From the NCBI GenBank assembly GCA_030431375.1, contig JAUIIY010000002.1, positions 21,379 to 85,378 of the forward strand: a DNA stretch of 64,000 nucleotides. Direction: 5' to 3'. The translations under genes were made by a program, and so were the position numbers. Shown here piece after piece: positions 41,308-51,801 of this stretch (positions within the stretch are counted from its first letter, which is position 1; every line of letters begins with the position of its first letter). The notes under the pieces were generated by a model that was not told where the DNA came from, did no database searches, and saw nothing but the letters and a program-made list of their open reading frames with translations. This DNA is from Alphaproteobacteria bacterium. GTDB lineage: Bacteria; Pseudomonadota; Alphaproteobacteria; Rickettsiales; JABSSG01.

Positions 41308-42313
41308 CTTCTACCTCACTAACTGCGATATCAATCGCATCTTCTTTCTTTCTTAACATAGATTCTAACTTGTCCATAAAGTCCGGATTATCTCTTAGAT
41401 ATTGCTTAGCATTTTCTTTTCCTTGGCCAATCTTATCACCACCAAATGAATACCAAGATCCCGCTTTTTCAACGATATTATTCTTAACAGCAAGATCGAT
41501 AATTTCACCTTCTTTGGAAATACCTTTGCCGTACATAATATCAAATTCTACTATTCTGAAAGGAGGAGCTACTTTATTTTTAACAATTTTTACTCTTGTT
41601 TCGTTTCCAGTGACTTCCTCTTTATCTTTTATCGAACCGATTCTCCTTATATCCAATCTCACAGAAGAATAAAATTTTAGAGCATTACCGCCAGTAGTGG
41701 TTTCAGGGCTACCAAACATTACACCAATTTTCATTCTTATCTGGTTGATAAATATAACCATGCAGTTAGTTCTGGATATTGAGGCAGTTAATTTTCTTAA
41801 AGCCTGGCTCATTAACCTTGCTTGCAGTCCCATATGTGAATCCCCCATATCACCCTCTATTTCGGCTTTTGGTACTAAAGCTGCAACACTATCTATAATT
41901 ACAACATCCAAACCACCGGAACGCACCAATGTATCTGCTATCTCAAGAGCTTGCTCACCTGTATCAGGCTGAGAAACTATCAGATTATCAATATCAACAC
42001 CCAATTTCTTGGCATATTGAGGATCTAGCGCATGTTCTGCGTCAATAAATGCACATGAACCGCCCTTTTTTTGACACTCAGCAATAACATGGAGTGTTAG
42101 AGTTGTCTTCCCTGAGCTTTCTGGTCCATAAATCTCAATTATCCTGCCTTTGGGCAAGCCTCCAACTCCTAAAGCTATATCTAGCCCTAAAGAGCCGGTT
42201 GAAATAGTATCTACGTCTATAGCAGGCTTTTGCCCAAGCTTCATCACTGAACCTTTGCCAAAAGCTTTTTCAATTTGAGATAACGCGCTATCTAAAGCCT
42301 TTTGTCTGTCCAT
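41297..42313 (-). CDS. recA: recombinase RecA
   Basis: GPESSGKTT Walker A, IDAEHALD, and L1/L2 loop regions. 338 aa. Confidence 0.97.
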
Positions 42314-42383
42314 ACAATCCCATTAATGTGTTTTCTGACTAAAAAAATTAATATATATCACTTTACATAATTGTAAATATGTA

Positions 42384-43559
42384 TCAGAGATTTTTGTTTA
42401 GATGAAGCGTTCCTAGAACCGCCAGAGCCGCTACCATACTTGGTTTCTGGCCATCTTTTGGCTGTAGCTTTTTTATCTCACCTAAAGATTTTTTCACCTG
42501 CTCATCAGCATTCTTTTTTTCTAGCAGAATACTCAACTCGCTTGATATTTTATCTGCATCACAATCTTCTTGTAGTAATTCTGGTATTATCATTTTATTC
42601 GCTAATAAATTGATTATGCTTACAAAGCCTCTAAATTTTAAAATATTGCGTAAAATCCAAGCTGTAACGAATGATACTTTATATGCTACAACGATAGGTA
42701 ATTTTGCAATGGCGATTTCAAGGCTGGATGTCCCAGATTTCACTAAAGCAATATCAGCTGAAGAATATAAGGCTTTTTTCTCTGCTTCAGGTACAAATAA
42801 TATTTTTACCATATCTGAATCTCTTACATTTTCAGAAAGGAATTTCCTATGTGCATTCGAGACATAAGGGAATGCCGCCACAACCTTTTTCTGATTCTTT
42901 TGCGCCATTAAATTTATTGCATCTAGAAAAATAGGCGTAAGTTTCCTATACTCACTCTCTCTACTCCCTGTCATCACAACTAACAATATTTGTTCATCGG
43001 AGATTTTATGTTTTTTACAAAAGCATCTACCATCAGAATTCTCAAAATCCTCTTCTAATATCGGATGACCTACAAAGTCACATTGTATTAAGCTTTTATC
43101 AAAATATTTTTTCTCAAATGGCAGAATTGTTAAAACTTTATCATAAAATTTCTCCAAGAATTTTACTCTTTTAGGCTTTATCCATACAGAAGGTGCTACA
43201 TAGTGAATTTTTTTGCAATTTAACCCTTGTAGGCCTTTAATAACTCGGAAATTAAAACCAGGAGAATCTATTGTCACTATAATATCAGGATTAAATCTAT
43301 ATACTTCTTCTATTGTTTTATTTATAAGATGCTTCACCCTAAAAATATGAGGTAAAATCTCCAAGAACCCCCACAAGGCTATTTTTTGAATAGAAAAAAG
43401 AGATCTGATCCCTTCTTCATGCATTTTTGGTCCACCAACCCCTTTGAAAACAATATTTCTCTCTTTGCTCTTTAAGCTTCGCATAAGCTTAGCCCCTAAA
43501 ATATCACCAGACATTTCACCAGCTATGATAAAGATTTTTGTTGGTGACTTTTTCTTCAT
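42384..43559 (-). CDS. lpxB: lipid-A-disaccharide synthase
   Basis: GT19 pattern (IAGEMSGD…, DSPGFN, SGT(S/A)SLE). Overlaps the alaS stop by 4 nt. Confidence 0.9.
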   Translation of the reverse strand: MKKKSPTKIFIIAGEMSGDILGAKLMRSLKSKERNIVFKGVGGPKMHEEGIRSLFSIQKIALWGFLEILPHIFRVKHLINKTIEEVYRFNPDIIVTIDSPGFNFRVIKGLQGLNCKKIHYVAPSVWIKPKRVKFLEKFYDKVLTILPFEKKYFDKSLIQCDFVGHPILEEDFENSDGRCFCKKHKISDEQILLVVMTGSRESEYRKLTPIFLDAINLMAQKNQKKVVAAFPYVSNAHRKFLSENVRDSDMVKILFVPEAEKKALYSSADIALVKSGTSSLEIAIAKLPIVVAYKVSFVTAWILRNILKFRGFVSIINLLANKMIIPELLQEDCDADKISSELSILLEKKNADEQVKKSLGEIKKLQPKDGQKPSMVAALAVLGTLHLNKNL

Positions 43560-46201
43560 CTAGACAAGATATAATCAGATATCAGCTTTATTACTTCCTG
43601 TTTCTCAAAAGGTTTTTCTACTTTACCACCCCCTTGAGCAAATTCAGGGCTACCACCCCCTTTAAGGTCAAAGAATTTTGCCACTAATTTTATCACCTCA
43701 CCAGCACTCACTTTTTTTGCAGCAGACAGGGTAGCAGATGCAACATATGAAATTGTTCCTTCGTTTCCTACATTTAAGATACAAACTAGCTTATTCTCAT
43801 CTTTATTTACATGCGAGGAAATGATGTTTTTAAGGTCCTTAGCAGCCAACCCTTCAGTAAAAGAAATTATGTAATCTACATCCTGATGCTTGTAACAATT
43901 TTTATCTGAGAACACATCTTTTCCCGCCATTGATGCTTTAAGATTTTGCAGCTCTTTTTCTAGGGATTTTTTGGAGTTTGATAAAGATTCGACCTTCTCA
44001 AATATCTCATTATCAGGGCATTTTAAAAATGCTGTCATCTGAGAAACAAGGTCATTTCTTGATTGAGTCCTGACAAATGACTCATCCCTAGTCACCGCCT
44101 CGATTCTTCTAATACCAGCCGCAATTGCAGATTCTGAAATAATTTGAAACGAACATATTTCGCCTAAAGAGGTCACATGTGTCCCCCCACATAATTCTAT
44201 CGAATATTTATCTTCCTCTTCTTCACCTATATATATTACTCTTACTTCAGAATCATATTTTTCCCCGAACAAGGCCATAGCACCAGCATCAATTGCTTCA
44301 TCATATGATTGGACTTTCGATTTCACTGGTAAATTCTCAGCAATAAGTTGATTTATCTCTTTTTCAAGATCATTAAGAATATTAGGAGGAATAGCAGAAG
44401 AGTGGCTAAAATCAAAACGCAACCTGTCTGCAGCTACTAATGAGCCTTTTTGCACAACATGTTCTCCTAGCTTTGATCTTAATGCCTGATGTAAAAGATG
44501 CGTTGCAGTGTGATTAGCTTTAAGATTATTTCTATGGTTAGAATCAACTTCTAACTTAACCACATCATCAACTTTTACCAGACCTCTTTTCAGCTTACAT
44601 TTATGTATTATGAGTTTAGGCAACGGCTTCAAACAATCAAGCACTTGAATTTCAGTATTTTCTAAACTGATAGTACCAATATCACCTTTTTGTCCCCCAG
44701 ATTCACCATAAAAAGGAGTCTGATTGGTTACTAAGTAAAATTCGTTGTGATTATCAACATAATCAACAAAATTTTCTTCCTGAAGTAGGGCAACAACCTT
44801 TCCTTGACCAGAAATGTTGTTATAGCCGATAAATTCAGTTTTCCCTTTTTCTTCTAACAAATCCATCCAGATTTTACTAATCGACTTTTCTCCTGAACCA
44901 CTCCAAGATTTCTTAGCTAACTCTTTTTGCTTATCCATAGAGGCTTCAAAAGCTTCTTGGTCAACAGCTATGTTTTTTTCATTTAATATAGTCTGCGTCA
45001 AGTCTAAAGGGAATCCATAGGTATCATGAAGTTTAAAGGCAACTTCCCCTGATAAAATTTTACCTGAACCAAGCTGATCAAGCTCTGCATCTAGAAGTCT
45101 TAAACCTCTCTCAAGAGTATTGCGGAAATTTGCTTCTTCTTGTCCTAGAACTTCTTTGATGAGACTTTCAGCTTTTATCAACTGAGGATAAGCCTCACTC
45201 ATTTGATTGGCTAGTGCTGGCAGTAATCTTGGTAATAGTAAGTCATTATAACCAAGCTTATGTATATGTCTGACAGCTCTACGAATGATTCTTCTTAAAA
45301 CATACCCCCTACCATCATTAGAAGGCATGACCCCATCAGCAATCAGGAAAGAGGTTGACCTCAAATGATCTGCGATCACTCTATGAGAGAATTTTTTATC
45401 CCCCTCTGCCTTGGTAGATGTTAGCTCTTCTGAGGCGTTAATTAGGCTTCTGAATAAATCGGTTTGGTAATTATCTTGCATTCCTTGAACAACTGCAGCA
45501 ACCCTCTCTAAACCCATCCCGGTATCAATAGATTGGTTGGGTAAATTTGTTCTACTACCATCTGCCATCTTCTCATATTGCATGAATACCAGATTCCAGA
45601 TTTCTACATACCTATCACCGTCTTCGTCTTTTGTGCCAGGCAAACCTCCAAAAACATTCTCTCCATGGTCATAAAAAATCTCTGTACAAGGTCCACATGG
45701 CCCAGTATTTCCCATAGACCAAAAATTATCATCAGTTTTAATTCTGATTATTCTGTCATCCGAGAAATTTGATACTTTCTTCCAAATATTAAATGCTTCC
45801 TCGTCCTCATGGTAAATAGTTACATATAATCTGTTTTTATCTAAACCCAGATTCTTGGTAACAAACTCCCAACCATAAGCAATTGCATCATTTTTAAAAT
45901 AGTCACCAAAAGAAAAATTGCCCAACATTTCAAAGAATGTATGGTGACGCCCCGTAAAGCCGACATTATCTAAATCATTATGCTTTCCGCCTGCACGCAC
46001 ACATTTTTGGCTCGTAACCGCACGTTTCATGTCCGTCTTTTTCTGACCAGTAAAAATATCTTTAAACTGTACCATCCCTGAATTGGTAAACATCAGGGTA
46101 GGGTCATTATAGGGAACTAAAGGGCTAGAATCTACATGAGTATGGTTCTGCTTTTTGAAATAGCTGATAAATTCACTTCTAATATCACTTAGGGTTTTCA
46201 T
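43556..46201 (-). CDS. alaS: alanine--tRNA ligase
   Basis: 881 aa. Class II core (FTNSGM, QKCVR, HHTFFEMLGN), editing domain HxxxH/CGGTH, and a C-terminal DHHA1-like domain. Confidence 0.97.
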   Translation of the reverse strand: MKTLSDIRSEFISYFKKQNHTHVDSSPLVPYNDPTLMFTNSGMVQFKDIFTGQKKTDMKRAVTSQKCVRAGGKHNDLDNVGFTGRHHTFFEMLGNFSFGDYFKNDAIAYGWEFVTKNLGLDKNRLYVTIYHEDEEAFNIWKKVSNFSDDRIIRIKTDDNFWSMGNTGPCGPCTEIFYDHGENVFGGLPGTKDEDGDRYVEIWNLVFMQYEKMADGSRTNLPNQSIDTGMGLERVAAVVQGMQDNYQTDLFRSLINASEELTSTKAEGDKKFSHRVIADHLRSTSFLIADGVMPSNDGRGYVLRRIIRRAVRHIHKLGYNDLLLPRLLPALANQMSEAYPQLIKAESLIKEVLGQEEANFRNTLERGLRLLDAELDQLGSGKILSGEVAFKLHDTYGFPLDLTQTILNEKNIAVDQEAFEASMDKQKELAKKSWSGSGEKSISKIWMDLLEEKGKTEFIGYNNISGQGKVVALLQEENFVDYVDNHNEFYLVTNQTPFYGESGGQKGDIGTISLENTEIQVLDCLKPLPKLIIHKCKLKRGLVKVDDVVKLEVDSNHRNNLKANHTATHLLHQALRSKLGEHVVQKGSLVAADRLRFDFSHSSAIPPNILNDLEKEINQLIAENLPVKSKVQSYDEAIDAGAMALFGEKYDSEVRVIYIGEEEEDKYSIELCGGTHVTSLGEICSFQIISESAIAAGIRRIEAVTRDESFVRTQSRNDLVSQMTAFLKCPDNEIFEKVESLSNSKKSLEKELQNLKASMAGKDVFSDKNCYKHQDVDYIISFTEGLAAKDLKNIISSHVNKDENKLVCILNVGNEGTISYVASATLSAAKKVSAGEVIKLVAKFFDLKGGGSPEFAQGGGKVEKPFEKQEVIKLISDYILSR

Positions 46202-46356
46202 AATATGTTGCCGATAATTATTTTCTCATTTGTTATTTTTTAACAAAATTTGTTAGACTAATATTTATATAATTCTGTAGTTAATTACAGGAGTTAAACT
46301 AAAAGATTTTTATATCTTATATAGTTGAATGATTCAAGATAATAGGGGTCAAATAA

Positions 46357-47745
46357 ATGGTCGGCAATAAAAATAATTTGGTCAGCTTTTTTATAAGCGA
46401 TGACAAAATTTCTGCCTATTCTTTGAATGAATGCGTGTTCGAAACAAATCTTGATGCTTCTTCTGAAGAAAAACTCATGGATTTTATTAGGGGTCAAAAA
46501 ACGGAAAATTTTAATATAATACTTCACTCTAGAGAAATATTGTCCGAAATAGTTACTTATCCTGATTATGGGGCTCTAAACATACTCAAGAAAAATGACG
46601 AAAAAATAAGAAAAAACAACTCCAAAAATTCTATCGCCGGAGCTTTATTGGTCCAGAAGCCAAGTCTTTCTGAGGAAAAGTGGAAATATATTCACTCCAA
46701 TTTCTCTATTAGCCATCAGGTTCAAAAATTATTAAAAATCATTTTTTCAGCACCAAATCAGGTAACTGGAGTTTTTTTCTTGTCTTTCGAGATAATAAAG
46801 GCAGTAAAAAATTTTTATAAAACACTCACAGACAAAGACAGAAAATTAACAAATATTTTTTTGATAAGAAGCAAATATGATGTTGCGACGAAAATCGTCA
46901 TTAGCCATGATTCCTTCAACGACATAACATATTACCAAATTAGCAAAAAACTAAATAACACGAAGATATTTTTAAAAGAAAAAATTAATGAATTATCTCT
47001 ACAAGAATCTAAAACATATAATTATTTTATGTTTTACCCCAAGAAAAAAAATCAACACTCGCATCACTCGAGAGAAGAATATTTCTCAAAAATAACCCAG
47101 GCAAATATCAATAAAATAGAAGAACGCATAATATTTTTTGAAGATTCTGCCCAATCTTTTATGGAGTCCATTAATAGTAAGCCACTTAAAATTGAAAAAC
47201 TCAAAAAACTAAATTTTTTAAAGAAATACAAGCAATTACACGTCATTCCCACATTAATTTTAGTAGTCTTACTAATACTTATCTTAGGAAGTCTTTATTA
47301 CGAGAAACAGCGCTTTGAATTAAAAAAAGATACCCTCCACCAAAAAATTGAAGAAACTTCCTTTAAAACAGATGAACTGCGGAAACATCTACTTAAGAGA
47401 GATGAACAACTACTGAAGGACCACATATTTATAGAGAAAACCTCTCTTGATAAAACTTCTCCTTCTGAGTTGAATGAGATAGTCAAAAAAACCCATGACA
47501 AAAATGTTAAGTTAATATCATTAGATGTTGTTCACAATCCAACCAAACAGATTTTATTATCTGTGGGCTTTAGATCTCAAACCTCTAGCACTCCAAAAAA
47601 CCTCATAGAAAATTATATCAGTAACTTAAAAAGAGAGTTGCCCAATAAACTAATCACCTATGCCAGAGGTAGTAGGGGCAACGCCGAATGCGGTAATTTT
47701 TGCTTTATTTTGAAAATAACTATCAAAGAAATGGATAGCAAATGA
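46357..47745 (+). CDS. hypothetical bitopic membrane protein, GspL- or PilM-PilN-fusion-like architecture
   Basis: 462 aa: a cytoplasmic region of about 295 aa, a single TM (aa ~296-315, IPTLILVVLLILILGSLYY), a coiled-coil, then a C-terminal domain of about 80 aa. An AGGGG Shine-Dalgarno lies about 10 nt upstream. The assignment is by architecture only. Confidence 0.55.
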   Translation: MVGNKNNLVSFFISDDKISAYSLNECVFETNLDASSEEKLMDFIRGQKTENFNIILHSREILSEIVTYPDYGALNILKKNDEKIRKNNSKNSIAGALLVQKPSLSEEKWKYIHSNFSISHQVQKLLKIIFSAPNQVTGVFFLSFEIIKAVKNFYKTLTDKDRKLTNIFLIRSKYDVATKIVISHDSFNDITYYQISKKLNNTKIFLKEKINELSLQESKTYNYFMFYPKKKNQHSHHSREEYFSKITQANINKIEERIIFFEDSAQSFMESINSKPLKIEKLKKLNFLKKYKQLHVIPTLILVVLLILILGSLYYEKQRFELKKDTLHQKIEETSFKTDELRKHLLKRDEQLLKDHIFIEKTSLDKTSPSELNEIVKKTHDKNVKLISLDVVHNPTKQILLSVGFRSQTSSTPKNLIENYISNLKRELPNKLITYARGSRGNAECGNFCFILKITIKEMDSK

Positions 47746-48299
47746 TCTATACATTAAGTAACCTTTCCAGCCTAGAAAAGACTTTTCATAAATATTTATG
47801 CCTATATTCAACTTTAATACTTCTTGTGATTGCTTCTCTTGCTTATGTTAACCAATATCAGAAAGAACAATCGCAAGAGCTCGAGCAAATAAAAAAAGAG
47901 CTCTCGGAAAAAAAAGCTTTAAATCATAAAATATTCCACGCGATAGAAAAACGCTCTGGTTATGCTGAGTTACAGCAGCTTGCCATCTCTAAGCAAACTA
48001 TTGATATTAACCAGGCTATTAAAAATCTTACAACAAAATATCCAGATGTCACTTTACTAAATCTTACAATCAAAGAAGCTTCATCTATATCTCCCCTAAA
48101 CAAGCAGTTCAAGCTTGAAACTGTGTCAATGGATTTGGAGAGTAATGACCCTAAAACGCTGGGAGCATTCCTCCAAGCTTTAGAAAAAAACAGCAAAAGC
48201 TTAGTTTATATTGATGCTGTCTCTATAGATTTACACAAAATTTCTTACATTCTGAAAAGTAAAATATTATTTATTAATTTCAGACAAGGGCCATCTTGA
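47742..48299 (+). CDS. hypothetical bitopic membrane protein, GspM/PilO-like architecture
   Basis: 185 aa: short N-terminus, one TM (aa ~18-36), a coiled-coil, then an alpha/beta-looking C-terminal domain. ATGA start/stop overlap with the upstream gene. Confidence 0.55.
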   Translation: MIYTLSNLSSLEKTFHKYLCLYSTLILLVIASLAYVNQYQKEQSQELEQIKKELSEKKALNHKIFHAIEKRSGYAELQQLAISKQTIDINQAIKNLTTKYPDVTLLNLTIKEASSISPLNKQFKLETVSMDLESNDPKTLGAFLQALEKNSKSLVYIDAVSIDLHKISYILKSKILFINFRQGPS

Positions 48300-49313
48300 T
48301 CTCGGTGACAAACTCATATCTGAAAACTCACCACGTTTATATTTCTCTACACCAACCCATGCAATCATCGCTGCATTATCCACACATAATCTAGCTGGCG
48401 GCAATACCACATCAAAGCCAAATTCTTTGGCAAAAATAATCAAATTCTCACGCAAGAAATTATTACTTGCTACACCACCTGCAATAACTAAATTTTTTGC
48501 TGCTAGCTCTTTTTTATCTGCGGTAAATTGTTTGAAGGCATTAAGAAGCCGATTCTTGATAATTTCTAGAACTGTATTCTGAAACGAGCAACATAAATCT
48601 CTTTTATCTTGCTCTGTCAGACCTTCTTTTTTCACTATATAATTCCTGACCGCAGTTTTTAGTCCAGACAGCGAAAAATTACAATTATCTTGATTACGAA
48701 GCGGTAGAGGCAAATTTATATTATTTATCCCCTCTTTTGCGTATCTCTCGACAGCAGGCCCACCGGGAAAGCCGAGATCTAACATTTTTGCTACTTTATC
48801 AAACGCCTCTCCGATTGCATCATCAATTGTGCCACCAAGAATTTTATATGAACCAACATCGTTTACTTCAACAAGTTGGGTATGCCCACCCGAAACAAGA
48901 AGCAATAAATAGGGATACGCAATCTCGTTTGTCAGCTTAACCGTCAAAGCATGCCCTTCTAAATGATTTATGCCTATCAGGGGCTTAGCAATACTATAAG
49001 CGATGGCCTTCGCATAAACTACTCCTACAATCAAGCCACCAATTAAACCAGGCCCGCTGGTAACAGCAACAGCATCTATCTCATTAATTGATATTTTTGC
49101 TTTATCAAGGGCAGAGTGAATTAGTGCTTCTAGCTTCTCCATATGAGCTCTGGAAGCTATCTCGGGAACCACACCACGAAATTCTCTATGCTCATCAAAT
49201 TGCGAGTATATTTCGTTCGCTAAAATATTCTTTTTACTATCAACAACTGCAACCGCAGTCTCATCACAACTAGACTCTATACCAAGAATTACTACATTTT
49301 CCTTAGGATACAT
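48267..49313 (-). CDS. tsaD: tRNA N6-adenosine threonylcarbamoyltransferase TsaD
   Basis: ILGIESSCDETAVAV, HLEGH and SGGHT motifs of the Kae1/Gcp family. Confidence 0.95.
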   Translation of the reverse strand: MYPKENVVILGIESSCDETAVAVVDSKKNILANEIYSQFDEHREFRGVVPEIASRAHMEKLEALIHSALDKAKISINEIDAVAVTSGPGLIGGLIVGVVYAKAIAYSIAKPLIGINHLEGHALTVKLTNEIAYPYLLLLVSGGHTQLVEVNDVGSYKILGGTIDDAIGEAFDKVAKMLDLGFPGGPAVERYAKEGINNINLPLPLRNQDNCNFSLSGLKTAVRNYIVKKEGLTEQDKRDLCCSFQNTVLEIIKNRLLNAFKQFTADKKELAAKNLVIAGGVASNNFLRENLIIFAKEFGFDVVLPPARLCVDNAAMIAWVGVEKYKRGEFSDMSLSPRSRWPLSEINK

Positions 49314-49321
49314 TTTTGTTG

Positions 49322-50341
49322 CTAAAATAATTTACCATTGTCACCATTTTGGTTTATACCAAAATGATCTAGAGTTAAGTTCGTAACCATTCTCCCCCTA
49401 GGAGTTCTCTGAATGAACCCTTCTTGCAGCAAATATGGCTCTATAATATCTTCAAGTGAGTCTTTATGCTCAGAAAGACCTGCTGCTATTGTATCAATAC
49501 CAACCGGACCTCCTTGATATTTCTCGCATATGAACAAAAGATATCTCCGATCATTACTATCTAAACCTTTTTTATCCACATCTAAATTCGCAAGAGCAAT
49601 ATCTGCTATTCTTTTATTTATTTTATCTTCCTGGTGATAATAAGCATAATCAGCGACTCTTTTTAAAAGCCTTAAAGCAATTCTTGGAGTTCCCCTAGAT
49701 CTTTTTGCGATTTCTTCTGCTCCTTCCTCTTCAATATCAGAATTGATTAATCTAGCACCTCTAACAATAATTTTTTGCAAGTCAGATGGTGTGTAAAACT
49801 CCATTCTTAGAGGTATACCAAATCTATCACGCAGAGGATTGGTCAATAAACCTATCCTGGTAGTAGCACCAATTAGAGAAAATTTCGGTAAATCAATACA
49901 TACGCTCCTTGCTGAAGGACCTTCTCCGATAATGATATCAAGTTTGTAATCCTCCATTGCTGGATATAAGATTTCTTCGACAACTGGATTTAAGCGATGT
50001 ATCTCATCGATAAATAAAACATCACCCTCTTCCAAATTTGTCAGGATAGCTGCTAAATCGGCCGCCTTGCTCAAGATTGGCCCTGCGGTTGACTTAAAGC
50101 TTGCGCCTAGCTCCCTTGCTATAATTTTAGCCATGGATGTTTTCCCCAAACCAGGAGGTCCATGCAATAAAACATGGTCTAGGGGCTTCTTCTGATCCTT
50201 CGCTGATGTGATGAAAACTTTTAAGTTACCTATAATTTGCTTCTGACCAACAAAATCCCCAAAGGCTTGAGGCCTTAAACTATTTTCAACCAGCTCCTCT
50301 GCAACATCATTATTTTCTTGGTTTGCTATATTTTTTTCCAT
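49322..50341 (-). CDS. ruvB: Holliday junction DNA helicase RuvB
   Basis: AAA+ motifs [17 protein letters not shown], and a RuvB C-terminal winged helix. Confidence 0.97.
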   Translation of the reverse strand: MEKNIANQENNDVAEELVENSLRPQAFGDFVGQKQIIGNLKVFITSAKDQKKPLDHVLLHGPPGLGKTSMAKIIARELGASFKSTAGPILSKAADLAAILTNLEEGDVLFIDEIHRLNPVVEEILYPAMEDYKLDIIIGEGPSARSVCIDLPKFSLIGATTRIGLLTNPLRDRFGIPLRMEFYTPSDLQKIIVRGARLINSDIEEEGAEEIAKRSRGTPRIALRLLKRVADYAYYHQEDKINKRIADIALANLDVDKKGLDSNDRRYLLFICEKYQGGPVGIDTIAAGLSEHKDSLEDIIEPYLLQEGFIQRTPRGRMVTNLTLDHFGINQNGDNGKLF

Positions 50342-50348
50342 GTAAATG

Positions 50349-50966
50349 CTAATTTTTATTCAACTTCAAAGCTTTTTTAATGAGGTCACTCAAATTTATC
50401 CCTGGTTCATTCCTAAGAACTTCTGAAACATTACTATAAGCTTCACTTCTGCTCAAACCAAGATTTTGCAATGCTTGAACTGCGTTATTCATATTATCTC
50501 TTTCCTGGTCATCCGCAGCATTAGAATTGGAGCTTTTCCCTGCGACCTGAAAATTATCAGCACCAAAAATAAAGTCTTGCTCCTTAAGCTCCGTGATAAT
50601 CCGATTTGCTAGTTTAGGACCAACTCCTGACACAGCCGAAAAAGCTGCCTTGTCCCCTGACGCTATAGCAATCGGAAGTTTAGATGCGCCAATTGCACCA
50701 ATAATTGACAAACCCATTTTGGGCCCAACACCTTTTACAGTCACAAGCTTCTGATAACAAAGCTTTTCGTTCTTATCTTTGAATCCGAAAAGAGTTAGTT
50801 GATCTTCGCGAACGTGGGTTTCAATATATAATTCAACCTTATCACCCTTTCTATATTTTTGCAGAAGATTCGTCGAGCATAATACCAAATAACACACACC
50901 ATTAACGTCAACCAACATATGGTCCAAATCTACTTCTTCAACTAAGCCTTTTAATTTACCTATCAC
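50349..50966 (-). CDS. ruvA: Holliday junction DNA helicase RuvA
   Basis: MIGKLKG…, an OB domain and HhH motifs ([16 protein letters not shown]). Lies upstream of ruvB. Confidence 0.9.
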   Translation of the reverse strand: MIGKLKGLVEEVDLDHMLVDVNGVCYLVLCSTNLLQKYRKGDKVELYIETHVREDQLTLFGFKDKNEKLCYQKLVTVKGVGPKMGLSIIGAIGASKLPIAIASGDKAAFSAVSGVGPKLANRIITELKEQDFIFGADNFQVAGKSSNSNAADDQERDNMNNAVQALQNLGLSRSEAYSNVSEVLRNEPGINLSDLIKKALKLNKN

Positions 50967-51789
50967 GATATTTCTTCCAGATTGCTGCTAATCCTTCTTT
51001 ATATGAAGGATATTGCAACATATAATTTAACCTATTTTTTACTTTGGTGTTATCAATTTTTTTATTCTCCAAAAAGAATTCCCTCATTCTATCTGAAACT
51101 TCCGGATCATGAATATTTTTTGCCACAGGAATGTCCATCCCCATCATTTTTCCACAATATTCAATAACTTCATGCAATTCAGATGGCTTGTCATCAGCTA
51201 CATTATATATTTCTCCTTTATCATTTTGGAGAGCTGATCTTCGCAGAATCTCAACTAAATCGTCTATATAAATCCTCGAAAAAAAATGCCCCTCTTTTTT
51301 TATATTAGCAACCTTACCTTCATTGATTCTCTCTATAGTAGAACGCCCTTCACCGTATATTCCAGCAAGTCTAAAGATATTCAGGACATCATCGCCAAAA
51401 GCCTTACGCCACATCTCTTCAGATTTCAAACGTTGTTCCCCAGAGATGGTTTTTGTTCTGGTCTGTGATTCTTCATTTACCCATTCGCCATCATAATCCC
51501 CATATACTGACGTCGCAGATAAATAACCAACCCACTGCAAATTTTTGATCTTTGGCAAACATTTCATCACATGATCACACAATATTTGTTCTGCTTCATG
51601 CGGAGGAATCGTAATCATAATATGAGTTATCGCTTCGGCTATATTGAAATCCTCGTCTATTTTTTGCCAACCAGAAAAATTGTTAGGACGATTGCGAGAG
51701 GCAATATTTATGGCCGAGAAATCGCTGCTACATCGATCAATAAAATGCTGCGCGATATATCCCCATCCTATTAGAAAAATTGATTTCAT
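50956..51789 (-). CDS. NAD(P)-binding SDR-family protein (epimerase/dehydratase-like)
   Basis: I place the start at MKSIFLIGWGYIAQ (Rossmann GxGxxA). Atypical-SDR layout. The 19 upstream codons of the track ORF are the reverse read of tRNA-His. Confidence 0.65.
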   Translation of the reverse strand: MKSIFLIGWGYIAQHFIDRCSSDFSAINIASRNRPNNFSGWQKIDEDFNIAEAITHIMITIPPHEAEQILCDHVMKCLPKIKNLQWVGYLSATSVYGDYDGEWVNEESQTRTKTISGEQRLKSEEMWRKAFGDDVLNIFRLAGIYGEGRSTIERINEGKVANIKKEGHFFSRIYIDDLVEILRRSALQNDKGEIYNVADDKPSELHEVIEYCGKMMGMDIPVAKNIHDPEVSDRMREFFLENKKIDNTKVKNRLNYMLQYPSYKEGLAAIWKKYRDR

Positions 51790-51801
51790 AAGAAGACTTG
51801 A

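Noticed and set aside
42362-42377. Inverted repeat TTTACA-taat-TGTAAA between lpxB and recA
   Set aside because: The 6-bp stem is almost all A/T and is expected by chance in this composition. It has no U-tract and no similarity to known operators.
46294-46527. 77-aa minus-strand ORF overlapping the start of the 46357 gene
   Set aside because: It overlaps a longer Shine-Dalgarno-preceded plus-strand ORF, has no upstream ribosome-binding site, and has an unremarkable F/I/K-rich composition.
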